In this document: piece after piece, positions 8,681 to 19,562 of the stretch | Position numbering within the stretch: position 1 is the stretch's first letter | How the letters are laid out: every line of letters begins with the position of its first letter | DNA from: Pseudonocardiaceae bacterium | GTDB lineage: Bacteria > Actinomycetota > Actinomycetes > Mycobacteriales > Pseudonocardiaceae | NCBI GenBank assembly: GCA_050699835.1 | Contig: JBOHFW010000055.1 | Location: 1 to 39,499 of the forward strand | Direction: 5' to 3' | DNA: 39,499 nt | Translations under genes and position numbers: made by a program | The notes under the pieces: model-generated | Seen by the model: the letters and a program-made list of their open reading frames with translations, nothing else | Database searches by the model: none | Told to the model about the DNA's origin: nothing

Positions 8681-10159
8681 CTACAGCGGGATGTTGCCGT
8701 GCGCGCCTCGGCCCGCGGGCGCGGCGGCCAGCGCCTCGGCCAGGCGCCGCCGGGTCTGCGCTGGCTTGATCACCTCGTCCACCACTCCGATCGCCACGGC
8801 GCGGTCGACCCCTCCGGCGATCTTCTCGTGGTGCTCGGCCAATTTGGCGTGCAGGGCGTCGCGCTCGTCCTCCGCGGCCGCTGCCAAGGCCTTGCGGTGC
8901 AGGATGCCCACCGCGGCCTTGGCGCCCATTACGGCCACTTCGGCATCGGGCCAGGCGAAAACCTGGGTAGCGCCCAGCGACCGGGAGTTCATGGCGATGT
9001 AGGCACCGCCGAAGGCCTTACGAGTCACCAGTGTGATCCGGGGAACGATCGCTTCGGCGAAGGCGTGCAGCAGCTTGGCGCCGCGCCGCACCACACCGTC
9101 CCACTCCTGGCCGACGCCGGGCAGGTACCCGGGCACGTCGACCAGAACGAGCAGCGGCACGCCGAAAGCGTCACACATCCGCACGAAGCGGGACGCCTTT
9201 TCCGCTGACGCCGAGTCCAGGCAACCCCCCAGCCGCAGCGGGTTGTTCGCGATCACCCCGACGGTCCGTCCGGCGAGCCTGCCCAGCCCTACCACCATGT
9301 TGGGTGCCCACTTGGGCTGCAGCTCAACGAACCCACCAGCGGGATCGGGAGCCTCGGGGTTGGCCCCGTCCAGCACCGCCTGCAGCAGGGGGCGAACGTC
9401 GTAGGCGCGCTGGCGCGCCGTGGGTAGGTACTCGGAGAGGTCGATCTCCTCGCCGATCGAGTGCAGGTCGAACATCCCCGGGCGGGCGAACAGGCCCGCG
9501 ATATGACGGGCATGGAGCAAGGCGTCGGCCTCGGAGGAGGCCACCACGTGCGCCACGCCGGATTTCTTGCCGTGCGCGCTAGGGCCGCCGAGGGCTTCCA
9601 TGTCGATCTGCTCGCCGGTGACGCTGCGGACCACGTCCGGACCGGTGACGAACACCCGCCCCTCCGGTGCCATGATCACCACATCGGTGAGTGCCGGACC
9701 GTAAGCGGCTCCGCCCGCGGCTGCCCCGAGCACGACGGAGATCTGGGGCACCCGCCCGGAAGCCCGGATCATGGCGGCGAACATCTGGCCGACGCCATCG
9801 AGAGCCTCCACACCCTCAGTCAGCCGCGCCCCACCAGAATGCCACAACCCGATCACCGGTAACCGCTCGCGGATCGCGATGTCGATGGCCTCGACAATGT
9901 GCCGACAGCCTTCCGAGCCCATCGCACCGCCCATGGTGGTGGCGTCGGTGCAGTAGGCGATCATCTTGGCCCCGTCGATGCGGCCGCGGGCAGCGAAAGC
10001 TCCGCTGTTGTCGCGAGGGTGCAGAGACACCAGGGTGGCGGGGTCGAACAGGCACTCCAGGCGCAGTTTTGGATCCCGCGGATCAGCGACCTTGCCGTTG
10101 CCGGGCTGGCCATCCGCGGAGTGGGCTACTGCGCGGGTCCGGTGGGCCAGAGTTGTCAT
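8681..10159 (-). CDS. accD6: Acyl-CoA carboxylase carboxyltransferase beta subunit
   Basis: Carboxyltransferase boxes GLWHSGGARLTEGVEALDGVGQMF and RKAFGGAYIAMNSRSLGA. Located next to the KAS gene, as accD6 (Rv2247) is in M. tuberculosis. Confidence 0.85.
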   Translation of the reverse strand: MTTLAHRTRAVAHSADGQPGNGKVADPRDPKLRLECLFDPATLVSLHPRDNSGAFAARGRIDGAKMIAYCTDATTMGGAMGSEGCRHIVEAIDIAIRERLPVIGLWHSGGARLTEGVEALDGVGQMFAAMIRASGRVPQISVVLGAAAGGAAYGPALTDVVIMAPEGRVFVTGPDVVRSVTGEQIDMEALGGPSAHGKKSGVAHVVASSEADALLHARHIAGLFARPGMFDLHSIGEEIDLSEYLPTARQRAYDVRPLLQAVLDGANPEAPDPAGGFVELQPKWAPNMVVGLGRLAGRTVGVIANNPLRLGGCLDSASAEKASRFVRMCDAFGVPLLVLVDVPGYLPGVGQEWDGVVRRGAKLLHAFAEAIVPRITLVTRKAFGGAYIAMNSRSLGATQVFAWPDAEVAVMGAKAAVGILHRKALAAAAEDERDALHAKLAEHHEKIAGGVDRAVAIGVVDEVIKPAQTRRRLAEALAAAPAGRGAHGNIPL

Positions 10160-10199
10160 CGGTGATCTCCTTGAGAGCAGGTGCCTTACCTGCGATCGG

Positions 10200-11423
10200 T
10201 TACGCCGAGGTGAAGGCGAGCGCCACGTTGTGCCCGCCGAAACCGAACGAGTCGTTGACGGCGGCGTCCAGCCGCACCTCGCGAGCGGAGCCGGTCACGA
10301 CATCGAGTTGCACACCCGGGTCGGCGTCCTCCAGATTAAGCGTCGGAGGTACGACACCGTCGCGCAGCGCCAACACGCAGGCCAGGCCTTCGACGGCGCC
10401 AGCGGCACCGAGCAGGTGCCCCAACGCCCCCTTGGGGGCGGTGACCACCGCGTGGTCGCCGATCGCGGTCCGGATCGCGGCCGCCTCGGCGACGTCGCCG
10501 ACCGGAGTGGCGGTGGCGTGCGCGTTGACATGCCCGATATCGGTCTTGCCCAGTCCGGCGGTGCGCAATGCGGCCGAGATCGCCCGGCCGGCTCCGATAC
10601 CCTCCGGCTCGGGCGCGGTGATGTGGTGGCCGTCGGAGCTGGTGCCGATCCCGGCCAGCCGACCGTGCCGGACGGCTCCCCGTGCGGCAGCGAACTCGGC
10701 CCGCTCAAGCACCATCATCCCCGCGCCCTCGCCCAACACGAAGCCATCCCGCGCGATATCGAACGGGCGAGAGGCCCGTTCCGGCTCGTTGTTGCGGGTG
10801 CTCATGGCCCGCATCTGGGCGAAGCCGGCCAGCGTGATGGGCAGGATGCAGGCCTCGGCGCCGCCGGCCACCACCACGTCGACCTCCCCGGCGCGCAGCA
10901 TCCGCCACGCAATGGCCAACGCCTCGGCACCTGAGGCGCAGGCGGCGACCGGGGCATGCACGCCGCCCCGAGCATGGAGATCCAAACCGACGTGTGCGGC
11001 TGGCCCGTTGGGCATGAGCATCGGGATGGTCAGCGGCGAGACCTTGCGCATACCCACGTTCTCGAGCAGATCGTCCTGCCCGAGCAGGGTCAGCGCGCCG
11101 CCGATACCGGTGCCGACCACCACTGCCAAGCGCTCCGGCTCGACCTCCGGTGCGCCGGCGTGCCGCCAGGCTTCCCGCGCGGCGATGATCGCAACCTGCT
11201 CGCAACGGTCCCAGCGGCGGGCTTCCACCCGCGGAAGTGAGTCGCTCGGATCGACCGCGAGTTTCGCAGCGATCCGGACCGGCAGGTCGAAGCGATCAAC
11301 CCAGTCCTCGGTCAGCGCCACGATCCCGCTCTTGCCGGACCGCAAGGAGTCCCACGTCGAGGCGACGTCCCCGCCGAGCGGGGTCGTCGCGCCGAGTCCA
11401 GTGATGACAACCTCGGTGGTCAT
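10200..11423 (-). CDS. fabF: Beta-ketoacyl-ACP synthase II (KasA/FabF type)
   Basis: Active-site Cys box VAACASGAEAL, plus His boxes NAHATATPVGD and GALGHLLGAAG. Confidence 0.9.
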   Translation of the reverse strand: MTTEVVITGLGATTPLGGDVASTWDSLRSGKSGIVALTEDWVDRFDLPVRIAAKLAVDPSDSLPRVEARRWDRCEQVAIIAAREAWRHAGAPEVEPERLAVVVGTGIGGALTLLGQDDLLENVGMRKVSPLTIPMLMPNGPAAHVGLDLHARGGVHAPVAACASGAEALAIAWRMLRAGEVDVVVAGGAEACILPITLAGFAQMRAMSTRNNEPERASRPFDIARDGFVLGEGAGMMVLERAEFAAARGAVRHGRLAGIGTSSDGHHITAPEPEGIGAGRAISAALRTAGLGKTDIGHVNAHATATPVGDVAEAAAIRTAIGDHAVVTAPKGALGHLLGAAGAVEGLACVLALRDGVVPPTLNLEDADPGVQLDVVTGSAREVRLDAAVNDSFGFGGHNVALAFTSA

Positions 11424-11454
11424 GCGCGCCTCCGGGGCGATGAGTACGCCAGCG

Positions 11455-11694
11455 TCATGTGGTCTTGGCGACGTAGTCCACCGCGTCGCCCACGGTTTTG
11501 AGGTTGGCCAGCACGTCGTCGGGAACCTTGACGCCGAACCGGTCCTCCACCTGCACGGCGATCTCCACCATGGACAGAGAGTCGATGTCCAGCTCGTCCA
11601 CGAAGGACTTCTCCGGGGTGATCTCGCTTGTCTCCACCCCCGCCACCTCGTTCACGATCTCGGCAAGGCCTTGGAGGATCTCCTCGTTCGTCAC
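11455..11694 (-). CDS. acpP: Acyl carrier protein
   Basis: 79 aa with the phosphopantetheine attachment box LDIDSLSMVE. Confidence 0.9.
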   Translation of the reverse strand: MTNEEILQGLAEIVNEVAGVETSEITPEKSFVDELDIDSLSMVEIAVQVEDRFGVKVPDDVLANLKTVGDAVDYVAKTT

Positions 11695-11779
11695 TGGCGT
11701 TTGTCCCTTCTCTCGGTCCCGGTGATCGGAGCGCAGCGCCCCGTCCGGCGATGCATTCTCCAGCTGTGGAGGACGGGCT

Positions 11780-12772
11780 TCACGGCAGGATCACCGCCTG
11801 GCTCGCATAGCACAGTCCGGCGCCGAACCCGACCAGCAGCGCGATGTCCCCGGAACGAATCCGGCCCTCGGCCCGCATGTGGTCCAGCGCAAGCGGTATC
11901 GACGCCGAGGATGTGTTGCCCGAGTGGACGATGTCGTCGGCCACCACCATGTCCTGACGGGCTCCGGCGGCCCGGATGCGCCTGGCGATGGCCTCCACGA
12001 TGCGCAGGTTGGCCTGGTGCGGCACCAGGACGTCAACGTCGGCCGGGGTGAGCGCGGCCCGCTCCAGCGCCTGCAACGCCACCGGCGCGATCTTCGTGAT
12101 CGCCCACCGGTACACCTCCGGGCCTTCCTGGCGCAGGAAGCAGTGACGGTCGGCAACCACGATGGTGTCGACCAGGTCCCCGGCGCTGCCGGCGGCGATC
12201 GGGCCGATCCCGGGCCGCTCGCCGTCCTCGACCGGGCCGATTACTGCTGCGCCTGCGCCATCGGCGAAGATGATGCACGTTGAGCGGTCCAGGGGATCGA
12301 CCCAGTCGGACAACTTCTCCGCGCCGATCACCAGGACGTGCCGTGCGGAGCCGGCGCGGATCATGTCGGATGCGGTGCCCAGCCCGTAACAGAAACCGGC
12401 GCATGCGGCGTTGATGTCGAAGGCGTGGGCGGCTCGCGCCCCGATGCGGTCCGCGGTCTGGGCGGCCGCGTTCGGAATGTAGGAGGGCATCGTGCAGGTC
12501 GCCACCAGGACCGCGTCGATGTCCGAAGGCGCCAGCCCGGCATCCGCGAGCGCCTTGGAACCGGCGTCCACTGCCATGTCCACTACGGACTCGTCGCTGC
12601 GGGCGAAGCGCCGTTCCACGATGCCCACCCGGGCGCGGATCCACTCATCGGTGGTGTCTACGCCGCGGGCGGCGATGTCGGCATTGGTCACAATCTGCTC
12701 AGGTTGCCTGCTGCCCATGCCGATGATGCGCGCGCCCGCGGTCGGTGTGAGCTGCCGGAGTTGGGGGCTCAC
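11780..12772 (-). CDS. fabH: Beta-ketoacyl-ACP synthase III
   Basis: Cys-His-Asn boxes INAACAGFCYG, VPHQANLRI, SGNTSSASIP. The start overlaps the fabD stop by 4 nt. Confidence 0.9.
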   Translation of the reverse strand: MSPQLRQLTPTAGARIIGMGSRQPEQIVTNADIAARGVDTTDEWIRARVGIVERRFARSDESVVDMAVDAGSKALADAGLAPSDIDAVLVATCTMPSYIPNAAAQTADRIGARAAHAFDINAACAGFCYGLGTASDMIRAGSARHVLVIGAEKLSDWVDPLDRSTCIIFADGAGAAVIGPVEDGERPGIGPIAAGSAGDLVDTIVVADRHCFLRQEGPEVYRWAITKIAPVALQALERAALTPADVDVLVPHQANLRIVEAIARRIRAAGARQDMVVADDIVHSGNTSSASIPLALDHMRAEGRIRSGDIALLVGFGAGLCYASQAVILP

Positions 12773-13725
12773 GCGTGGATTCCTGAATGGTCACGGATCA
12801 AGCCAGCGACCTTGTCGAGATCCTCGGGTATCTTTAGCGCCAGGGTGCGGGCGCTCTGCAGATCCCGGCCCTTCAGATCCCGCTTGACCAGCCCTGACAG
12901 CGTTCCGGCGGGCGGGAGTTCGATCGTTGCCGTGACGTTCAGAGTGCGCAATGTCGCCATGCAGGAGTCCCAGCGGACTGGTTTGGTCACCTGAGCGACC
13001 AGCCGGTACAGCATCTCCGCGCCGCCGGTGATCACCTCGCCGTCTGCGTTGGACAGGATCGGGCGAACCGGGCTCTTAGCGGTGAGCTGGGCGGCATACG
13101 CAGCGAGAGCGTGCTCGGCCGGAGCCATGAAACGGGTGTGGAACGCCCCGGCGACCGGCAGCGGCCGCACCCGCGTCAGGGTCGGCTTGTGCGCAGCCAG
13201 CTCCGCCAGCGCGCTGCGCCGGCCCGCCGCGACGATCTGCCCGGCGCCGTTGTGGTTGGCAGCGTCCAACCCGAGCCGGGTCAGCGCTGCCGCGACGTCA
13301 TCGGGGTCACCCCCGAGCACAGCAGACATTCCGGTGGGCTCCAGTGCGCACGCCGCGGCCATTTCCCGGCCACGCACGGCGGCGAGCGCGACAGCCTCGT
13401 CGGCGGTGAGCACCCCGGCTATCGCTGCCGCGGCGAGTTCGCCGACTGAGTGGCCGGCGACCGGGGCATCGGCTGGCAGGTCCACTCGCCGGGTCAGTTC
13501 CTCGGCGGCGAGCACGGATAGCGCCACGATCAGTGGCTGGGTCACCGCGGTGTCCTTGATCTCCTCCGCATCCGCTGTGGTACCCAGGCGCAGCAGATCC
13601 AGCCCGGCGCTGTGCGACCACGCCGCAATCCGCTCTTCGGCGCCCTCCACCGCCAACCAGGGCGCCAGCATGGCGGGAGCCTGGGCACCTTGTCCGGGTG
13701 CGAGCAGCGCGATCATTCGGTCCAC
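12769..13725 (-). CDS. fabD: Malonyl-CoA:ACP transacylase
   Basis: LLAPGQGAQ and the GHSVGELAAA nucleophile elbow. Start is either GTG 13725 or ATG 13716. Confidence 0.9.
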   Translation of the reverse strand: MDRMIALLAPGQGAQAPAMLAPWLAVEGAEERIAAWSHSAGLDLLRLGTTADAEEIKDTAVTQPLIVALSVLAAEELTRRVDLPADAPVAGHSVGELAAAAIAGVLTADEAVALAAVRGREMAAACALEPTGMSAVLGGDPDDVAAALTRLGLDAANHNGAGQIVAAGRRSALAELAAHKPTLTRVRPLPVAGAFHTRFMAPAEHALAAYAAQLTAKSPVRPILSNADGEVITGGAEMLYRLVAQVTKPVRWDSCMATLRTLNVTATIELPPAGTLSGLVKRDLKGRDLQSARTLALKIPEDLDKVAGLIRDHSGIHA

Positions 13726-13794
13726 TGAACACCCTGGCGGGCCACGCCGGTGATGCTGCCGGTCACGAAGTCCACCGAGGCATTCTTGTCGAGT

Positions 13795-13815
13795 GTCTAC
13801 AACAGTTGGGTCTAC
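13795..13815. promoter_or_regulatory. Direct repeat GTCTAC-N9-GTCTAC upstream of the fabD operon (candidate regulator site)
   Basis: GTCTAC at 13795-13800 and 13810-13815, in the 100-bp gap between the PucR-type regulator stop (13826) and the fabD start. Functional assignment is inference only. Confidence 0.2.
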
Positions 13816-13825
13816 TGGCGCTTCC

Positions 13826-15010
13826 TTACCACAGGCCGCGGGAGCGGGCCAGGCGACCGACCGCCAGGCCTACCCGCAGCACCAGCCCGTCCCGTGGGTC
13901 TCCAGGCACTCGCCCGGTGATCTCGGCGATGCGGCGTAGCCGGTAGCGGACCGTGTTGGGATGGACGAACAACCGCCGGGCACAGGCTTCCAGCACTCCG
14001 TTAGCGTCGAAGAAGGCGTCGAGGGTCTCGACCAGCCCACCGCTGGCCGCCGTCAGTGGCCGCATCACCTGGTCGACCAGCAGCCGTTCCGCCTCGGGGT
14101 CTCCGGCCAGCGCGCGCTCGGGGAGTAGCTCGGCGGCTGGTACCGGGCGTGGCGCCGTGGGCCATGCCGCCACGGCGCGCAGCGCGGACAGGGCATCAGC
14201 GGCGCTGCGGTGCGCCTCGGCCAGCGTGGGCACCATCGGTCCGACGACCACTGGACCGTCGCCGAAGGCGTCGATCAGCCATTGGTGGTCGTCCGGCTGG
14301 GCGGTCCGGCCGCTGACGACCAGCACTAGGCGGGAACCCTGCACCCCGACGAGCACCCCCCGGCCGGTGCGAGTGGCGATACCCCGAATGTCGGAGAGCA
14401 GCTCCGGTGCCTCGTCCGGCGGTGGATTGCCCACCAGCACAGTCGCCGGTGCCGATGGTTCCAAGCCGAGTGCTGCCGCACGGGACAGTAGCGACTCCTC
14501 GCCGTCCCCACGCATGATGCCGTCCACGACCAGGGCTTCCAACCGAGCGTCCCAGGCGCCGCGGGCCTCGGCGGCACCGGCATAGGCGCTGGCAGCGGCA
14601 AAGGCGACCTCGCGGCTGTAGCGCAGCGAGGCCTCAGTGAGCACGGCGCGCTCGGCGTCGTCGGCGGCGAGCTCGGGCAGTTGCTGCTCGAACACCAACG
14701 TCGCAACCCGGATCAGGTCGACGGTCTGGCGCAGGCTGACCCAGCGGCTCAGATCGCGCGGAGCGGTCCGGAACGCGCCGAAGGTGAGTCTGGTCGAGTG
14801 CTGAGGATCCTTGAGCCACTCAACGAAATTCGCCACGCTGGTCTGAGTGATCAGCAAGATCTCGGCCCGCTGGTTAGCCGGCAGCCGGCGGAACCAGGGG
14901 TAACGTAGCTCCATCTCAGCCACGCTGGCCGTGGCGAGCCCACCGGAGGCCAGTGCCAGCTTGCGCAGAGTGCTGGCGGACAGCGGGTGGGTACTCGTCT
15001 GGGCGGTCAT
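13826..15010 (-). CDS. fasR: PucR-family transcriptional regulator of the FAS-II operon (FasR/MabR-like)
   Basis: C-terminal PucR HTH LFVHPNTVRYRLRRIAEITG. Position immediately upstream of fabD matches FasR in Streptomyces and MabR (Rv2242) in M. tuberculosis. Start taken at MTAQTS (ATG 15010). Confidence 0.8.
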   Translation of the reverse strand: MTAQTSTHPLSASTLRKLALASGGLATASVAEMELRYPWFRRLPANQRAEILLITQTSVANFVEWLKDPQHSTRLTFGAFRTAPRDLSRWVSLRQTVDLIRVATLVFEQQLPELAADDAERAVLTEASLRYSREVAFAAASAYAGAAEARGAWDARLEALVVDGIMRGDGEESLLSRAAALGLEPSAPATVLVGNPPPDEAPELLSDIRGIATRTGRGVLVGVQGSRLVLVVSGRTAQPDDHQWLIDAFGDGPVVVGPMVPTLAEAHRSAADALSALRAVAAWPTAPRPVPAAELLPERALAGDPEAERLLVDQVMRPLTAASGGLVETLDAFFDANGVLEACARRLFVHPNTVRYRLRRIAEITGRVPGDPRDGLVLRVGLAVGRLARSRGLW

Positions 15011-15123
15011 GAGGCCAGCATCGCACGGCGACGCCAGAGAGAACGGAAGAACAACAGCACAATAACGGGAGAGCAACGGGCAATGGCCGCGCGCGATAGC
15101 GTTGCCGCAGGAGAGGAGAGACG

Positions 15124-15915
15124 ATGGTCAGTGCACCACCGAAGCTCGTGCCCCGAGTTGACGTCCGCCGGGCGGCCGAACGCAAGCACACCTCGCTCGC
15201 CTGGCTGAGCTCCTGGCATAGTTTTTCCTTCGGTCGCCACTATGATCCGGCAAACACCCATTTCGGCCTGCTGCTGGTGAATAACGATGACGTGGTGCAG
15301 GCCGGGATGGGGTTTGAGATCCACCCACACCGTGACATGGAGATCGTCACCTGGGTCCTGGCCGGATCACTGGTCCATGAGGACTCTCGGGGCAACATGG
15401 GGGTGATCTACCCAGGGCTTGCCCAGCGGATGAGCGCGGGTACCGGGATCCAGCACTCCGAGAGGAACGACTCCTGGCGCTTGGACGGCGAGCGGCACGA
15501 TCAGGATGTGCACTTCGTGCAGATGTGGGTGCATCCGGATATCCGCTCCGTCGAGCCCAGCTACCAGCAATTGGACATCGACAGCGAGCTGGGTCCCCTC
15601 GACGCGGGGTCGGGTGAGCTCGTGGTGGTGGCGTCCGGAATGGACGCTCACCGCGACCGCAGGGCGATTTCCATCCAGCAGCAGCATGCGGCGCTGCACG
15701 CGGCACGGCTGCAACCTGGCGCCAGTGTCGAGTTGCCGGTCGCGGCATTCGTGCACCTGTTCCTTGCGCGCGGCGCGGTGGATCTGGAAGGCACCGGTCC
15801 CCTCGACACCGGTGACGCCGCGCGGATGACCGCAGCCGGTGGCCAACGCATCACCGCCGGTCCCGCGGGCGCCGAAATCCTAGCCTGGGAAATGACCGCA
15901 CGCCTCGTCAACTAG
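15124..15915 (+). CDS. Pirin family protein
   Basis: Cupin metal box HPHRDMEIVTWVLAGSLVHEDSRGN and two-cupin length (263 aa). Confidence 0.85.
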   Translation: MVSAPPKLVPRVDVRRAAERKHTSLAWLSSWHSFSFGRHYDPANTHFGLLLVNNDDVVQAGMGFEIHPHRDMEIVTWVLAGSLVHEDSRGNMGVIYPGLAQRMSAGTGIQHSERNDSWRLDGERHDQDVHFVQMWVHPDIRSVEPSYQQLDIDSELGPLDAGSGELVVVASGMDAHRDRRAISIQQQHAALHAARLQPGASVELPVAAFVHLFLARGAVDLEGTGPLDTGDAARMTAAGGQRITAGPAGAEILAWEMTARLVN

Positions 15916-15929
15916 CCCCTCTCTCCCCA

Positions 15930-15963
15930 CGTCCTCCCGACAGGGAGACATATCGAGAGGACG
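15930..15963. terminator. Hairpin between the convergent pirin and aceE genes
   Basis: CGTCCTC (15930-15936) / GAGGACG (15957-15963) with a 20-nt loop containing GGAGACATATCG (also found at 8084-8095). Confidence 0.4.
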
Positions 15964-15965
15964 GC

Positions 15966-18731
15966 TCAGGCGACGCCTGGATCGGAAGTTTGGGGGCCAG
16001 CGGACTGGGGGTCGTCGATGCGGTAGTGGTGGGCTGCTTGGGTGACGATGGACGGTTTCAACTCGCCGCGGCGAGTTAGTGCGGCCAGCGCGGCGACCGT
16101 GATCGACTCAGCGTCGACGAGGAAGTGCCGCCGGGCCGCCGGGCGGGTGTCGGAGAAGCCGAAGCCGTCGGTGCCGAGCGTGACGAACTCGGTGGGCACC
16201 CACGGACGGATGAGGTCGGGCACCGCTCGCATCCAGTCCGACACCGCGACCAACGGGCCCACCGCGTTCTGCAGCACCTGGGTGACGTGCGGTACCCGCG
16301 GCTCGGCCTCGGGATGCAGCAGATTGTGCCGATCCAACTCGATCGCCTCGCGGCGCAGCTCCGTCCACGAGGTTGCCGACCACACGTCGGCCTGCACGCC
16401 CCACTCCTGGGCGAGCATCTGCTGAGCCCGCAGGGCCCAGGGCAGGGCCACCCCGGAAGCGGCCAGCTGTACCCTCGGATTGTCGGAGCCCCTTGCGGGA
16501 GCGGGAGCGTAGCGGTACAGGCCCCGCAGCAGGGCGTCGACGTCGAGATCGGCGGGCTCGGCCGGCTGGCGGTAGGGCTCGTTGTAGATGGTGAGGTAGT
16601 AGAACACATTCGGATCGCGTCCCGCAGGATCGTCACAGTCACCGTACATCCGGCGCAGCCCGTCACGGACGATGTGCGCGATCTCGAAGCCCCACGCTGG
16701 GTCGTAGGCCACTACTGCGGGGTTAGACGCGGCGAGCAGCAAGGAGTGCCCGTCGTTGTGCTGCAGACCTTCGCCGACCAGTGTGGTGCGGCCGGCGGTC
16801 GCGCCGAGCAGGAACCCGCGAGCCATCTGGTCGCCCGCCGCCCACAAGCCGTCGCCGGTGCGCTGGAAGCCGAACATCGAGTAGAAGATGTAGACCGGGA
16901 TCAGCGGCTCGTTGTGCGTGGCGTAGGACGTGCCTGCCGCGGTGAACGAGGCGGTGGAACCCGCCTCGTTGATGCCTTCATGCAGGATCTGGCCCTGCTC
17001 GCTCTCCCGGTAGGCCAGCATCAGCTCGGCGTCCACCGAGGTGTAGAGCTGCCCATGCGGGTTGTAGATCTTCTGCGTAGGGAACATCGAGTCCATCCCG
17101 AAGGTGCGCGCCTCGTCCGGGATGATGGGGACGAATCGTGACCCGATCTCGGGATCTTTGATCAGCTCGCGGAGTTGGCGGACGAACGCCATCGTGGTGG
17201 CGACCTCCTGCTTGCCTGAGCCGCGGCGCAGCACGTCGTAGACCTTGTCGCCGGGCAGCACCAGAGTCTTTGACTTGGTCCGTCGCTCGGGCACGAACCC
17301 ACCGAGGGCCCGGCGACGCTCGCACAGGTACCGGATCTCGGGCGCGTCCGGTCCGGGGTGGTAGTACGGCGGTAGCGCGGGGTTCTCCTCGAGCTGCGTG
17401 TCGGTGAGTGGGATGCGCTGGGCGTCGCGAAGGCGCTTGAGGTCCTCTAAGGCGAGTTTCTTCATCTGGTGGGTGGCGTTGCGGGCTTCGAAGTGCGGGC
17501 CCAGGCCGTATCCCTTGATGGTCTTGGCCAGGATCACGGTGGGCTGGCCGTGGTGCTGGATGGCGGCCTGGTAGGCGGCGTAGACCTTGCGATAGTCGTG
17601 CCCACCACGCTTGAGGTTCCACAGGTCGGTGTCGGACAGGTCTTTGACGAGTTCCTTGGTGCGCGGATCCCGGCCGAAGAAATGTTCCCGCACGTAGCCA
17701 CCATCGTTGGCCTTGTAAGTCTGGTAGTCACCGTCAGCCGTGACGTTCATCAAGTTCACCAGCGCGCCCTGCCGGTCGGCGTGCAGCAGGGCGTCCCACT
17801 CGCGGCCCCAGATCACTTTGATGACGTTCCAGCCGGCACCGCGGAAGAACGACTCCAGCTCCTGAATGATCTTTCCATTGCCCCGGACCGGGCCATCGAG
17901 ACGCTGCAGGTTGCAGTTCACCACGAAGGTCAGGTTGTCCAAACCCTCAATGGCCGCCACCTGGATCTGCCCGCGGGACTCCGGCTCGTCCATCTCGCCA
18001 TCGCCGAGGAAGGCCCAGACGTGCTGGTGAGAGGTGTCCTTGATGCCGCGAGCATGCAGGTAGCGGTTGAGTCGGGCCTGGAAGATCGCGTTGATCGGGC
18101 CCAACCCCATCGAGACGGTGGGAAACTCCCAGAAGTCCGGCATCAGCCTCGGGTGCGGGTAGGAGGGCAGGCCGCCGCCCGGGCCGGCGTGCGAGAACTC
18201 CTGCCGGAATCCGTCGAGCTGGTCGGCGGATAGCCGGCCTTCCAGGAACGCCCTGGCGTAGATACCGGGAGAGGCGTGGCCCTGGATGAAGACCTGGTCC
18301 CCGCCGCCAGGATGGTCCTTGCCCCGGAAGAAGTGGTTGAAGCCCACCTCATAGAGCGCGGCGGAGGAAGCGTACGTAGAGATGTGACCGCCGACGCCGA
18401 CCCCGGGACGTTGTGCCCGATGCACCATCATCGCCGCGTTCCAGCGGATCCAGGCGCGGTAGCGTCGCTCGGTGTCCTCATCTCCCGGGAACCACGGCTC
18501 GTTCTCGGTGGGGATGGTGTTGACGTAATCCGTGCTAGTCAGCGACGGTACGCCGACGCCGGTCTCGCGGGCCCGTTCGAGCAGCCGCAACATCAGGTAC
18601 CGGGCGCGCTGCTTACCGCCGGAGAGCACCGCGGAGTCGAAGGCTTCTAACCATTCCGCGGTCTCTTCGGGGTCGATGTCCGGCAGGTGAGCCGCGACCC
18701 CGTCCCGGATGACTCGCACTCGCGCAGGCAT
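15966..18731 (-). CDS. aceE: Pyruvate dehydrogenase E1 component (homodimeric type)
   Basis: [18 protein letters not shown]-terminus, [24 protein letters not shown], about 920 aa. Start taken at MPARVRV (ATG 18731); uncertain by a few codons. Confidence 0.9.
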   Translation of the reverse strand: MPARVRVIRDGVAAHLPDIDPEETAEWLEAFDSAVLSGGKQRARYLMLRLLERARETGVGVPSLTSTDYVNTIPTENEPWFPGDEDTERRYRAWIRWNAAMMVHRAQRPGVGVGGHISTYASSAALYEVGFNHFFRGKDHPGGGDQVFIQGHASPGIYARAFLEGRLSADQLDGFRQEFSHAGPGGGLPSYPHPRLMPDFWEFPTVSMGLGPINAIFQARLNRYLHARGIKDTSHQHVWAFLGDGEMDEPESRGQIQVAAIEGLDNLTFVVNCNLQRLDGPVRGNGKIIQELESFFRGAGWNVIKVIWGREWDALLHADRQGALVNLMNVTADGDYQTYKANDGGYVREHFFGRDPRTKELVKDLSDTDLWNLKRGGHDYRKVYAAYQAAIQHHGQPTVILAKTIKGYGLGPHFEARNATHQMKKLALEDLKRLRDAQRIPLTDTQLEENPALPPYYHPGPDAPEIRYLCERRRALGGFVPERRTKSKTLVLPGDKVYDVLRRGSGKQEVATTMAFVRQLRELIKDPEIGSRFVPIIPDEARTFGMDSMFPTQKIYNPHGQLYTSVDAELMLAYRESEQGQILHEGINEAGSTASFTAAGTSYATHNEPLIPVYIFYSMFGFQRTGDGLWAAGDQMARGFLLGATAGRTTLVGEGLQHNDGHSLLLAASNPAVVAYDPAWGFEIAHIVRDGLRRMYGDCDDPAGRDPNVFYYLTIYNEPYRQPAEPADLDVDALLRGLYRYAPAPARGSDNPRVQLAASGVALPWALRAQQMLAQEWGVQADVWSATSWTELRREAIELDRHNLLHPEAEPRVPHVTQVLQNAVGPLVAVSDWMRAVPDLIRPWVPTEFVTLGTDGFGFSDTRPAARRHFLVDAESITVAALAALTRRGELKPSIVTQAAHHYRIDDPQSAGPQTSDPGVA

Positions 18732-18994
18732 GCGATCGTTCTGCGTGGTCAAGGGATCTCCTCGCCTTGATCTGTGGTGATACACCTCGTTCTACGGGCG
18801 GACCGGGGCAGGACCGGCCGCCTGAAGGCCATCGTGCCCCATGATTGTCAGCTTGGCGATCGGCGCCAGTGCTATCTGGGCTATCTCGGGCTTTACCTAG
18901 CCCGAACCATCTCGGCAATCCCGGATCGGCGTGTCCCGCTGCCGGCAGTTGCGCTCTAGCCGGACCGCAGTGTTCGCTTGTACGCCATTGAGTT

Positions 18995-19486
18995 ATGAAG
19001 CGCCGGGCGAACGTCGCCGGGCTTGACGTTGGTGGAGGGGTGAACACCGTGGTCGCCGCCGCGGCGGGAGACACCGGCAGACTCGGCGTTGCCGAGAGGC
19101 TCGGGATCGAAACGGACATGGTCGTGCAGGAGCTCGGCTGGGACGAGGACGTCGATGACGACATCCGCGCGGCGATCGAGGAGGTGATTGGTGCTGACCT
19201 GCTTGATGAGGACTCCGACGAGATCGTCGATGTGGTGCTGCTGTGGTGGCGCGACGAGGACGGAGATCTGGTCGACACCCTCGTCGATGCCCGGGGGCCG
19301 TTGGCTGACAACGGAGTGATCTGGGTATTCACTCCCAAGACCGGTCGGAATGGCCATGTCGAGCCCTCGGACATCGCCGAGGCAGCCCCCACTGTCGGTT
19401 TGGCGCAGACGTCCAACATCAGCGTGTGCGACGACTGGACAGCCACCAGGCTGGCCACGCCGAAGGCAGCGAAGTCCAAACGCTGA
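18995..19486 (+). CDS. DUF3052-like conserved protein (Rv2239c-like)
   Basis: ..VVQELGWDEDVDDDIRAAIEEVIG..LLDEDSDEIVDVVLLWWRDEDGDLVD.. is typical of this family. Synteny between aceE and ahpE. The true start may be downstream of 18995. Confidence 0.7.
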   Translation: MKRRANVAGLDVGGGVNTVVAAAAGDTGRLGVAERLGIETDMVVQELGWDEDVDDDIRAAIEEVIGADLLDEDSDEIVDVVLLWWRDEDGDLVDTLVDARGPLADNGVIWVFTPKTGRNGHVEPSDIAEAAPTVGLAQTSNISVCDDWTATRLATPKAAKSKR

Positions 19487-19562
19487 ACCTCGGTGACCTC
19501 GGTACGCGAACGTCCGGTCAGTTGGCCCGCGACATGACGGCGAATCGAGGGAGCTGCGTACC

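Noticed and set aside
9691-12051. 786-aa + strand ORF spanning the accD6/KAS/ACP/fabH region
   Set aside because: It is antisense to four genes with unambiguous catalytic motifs. Its translation is low-complexity Ala/Arg/Pro/Ser, typical of open antisense frames in high-GC DNA.
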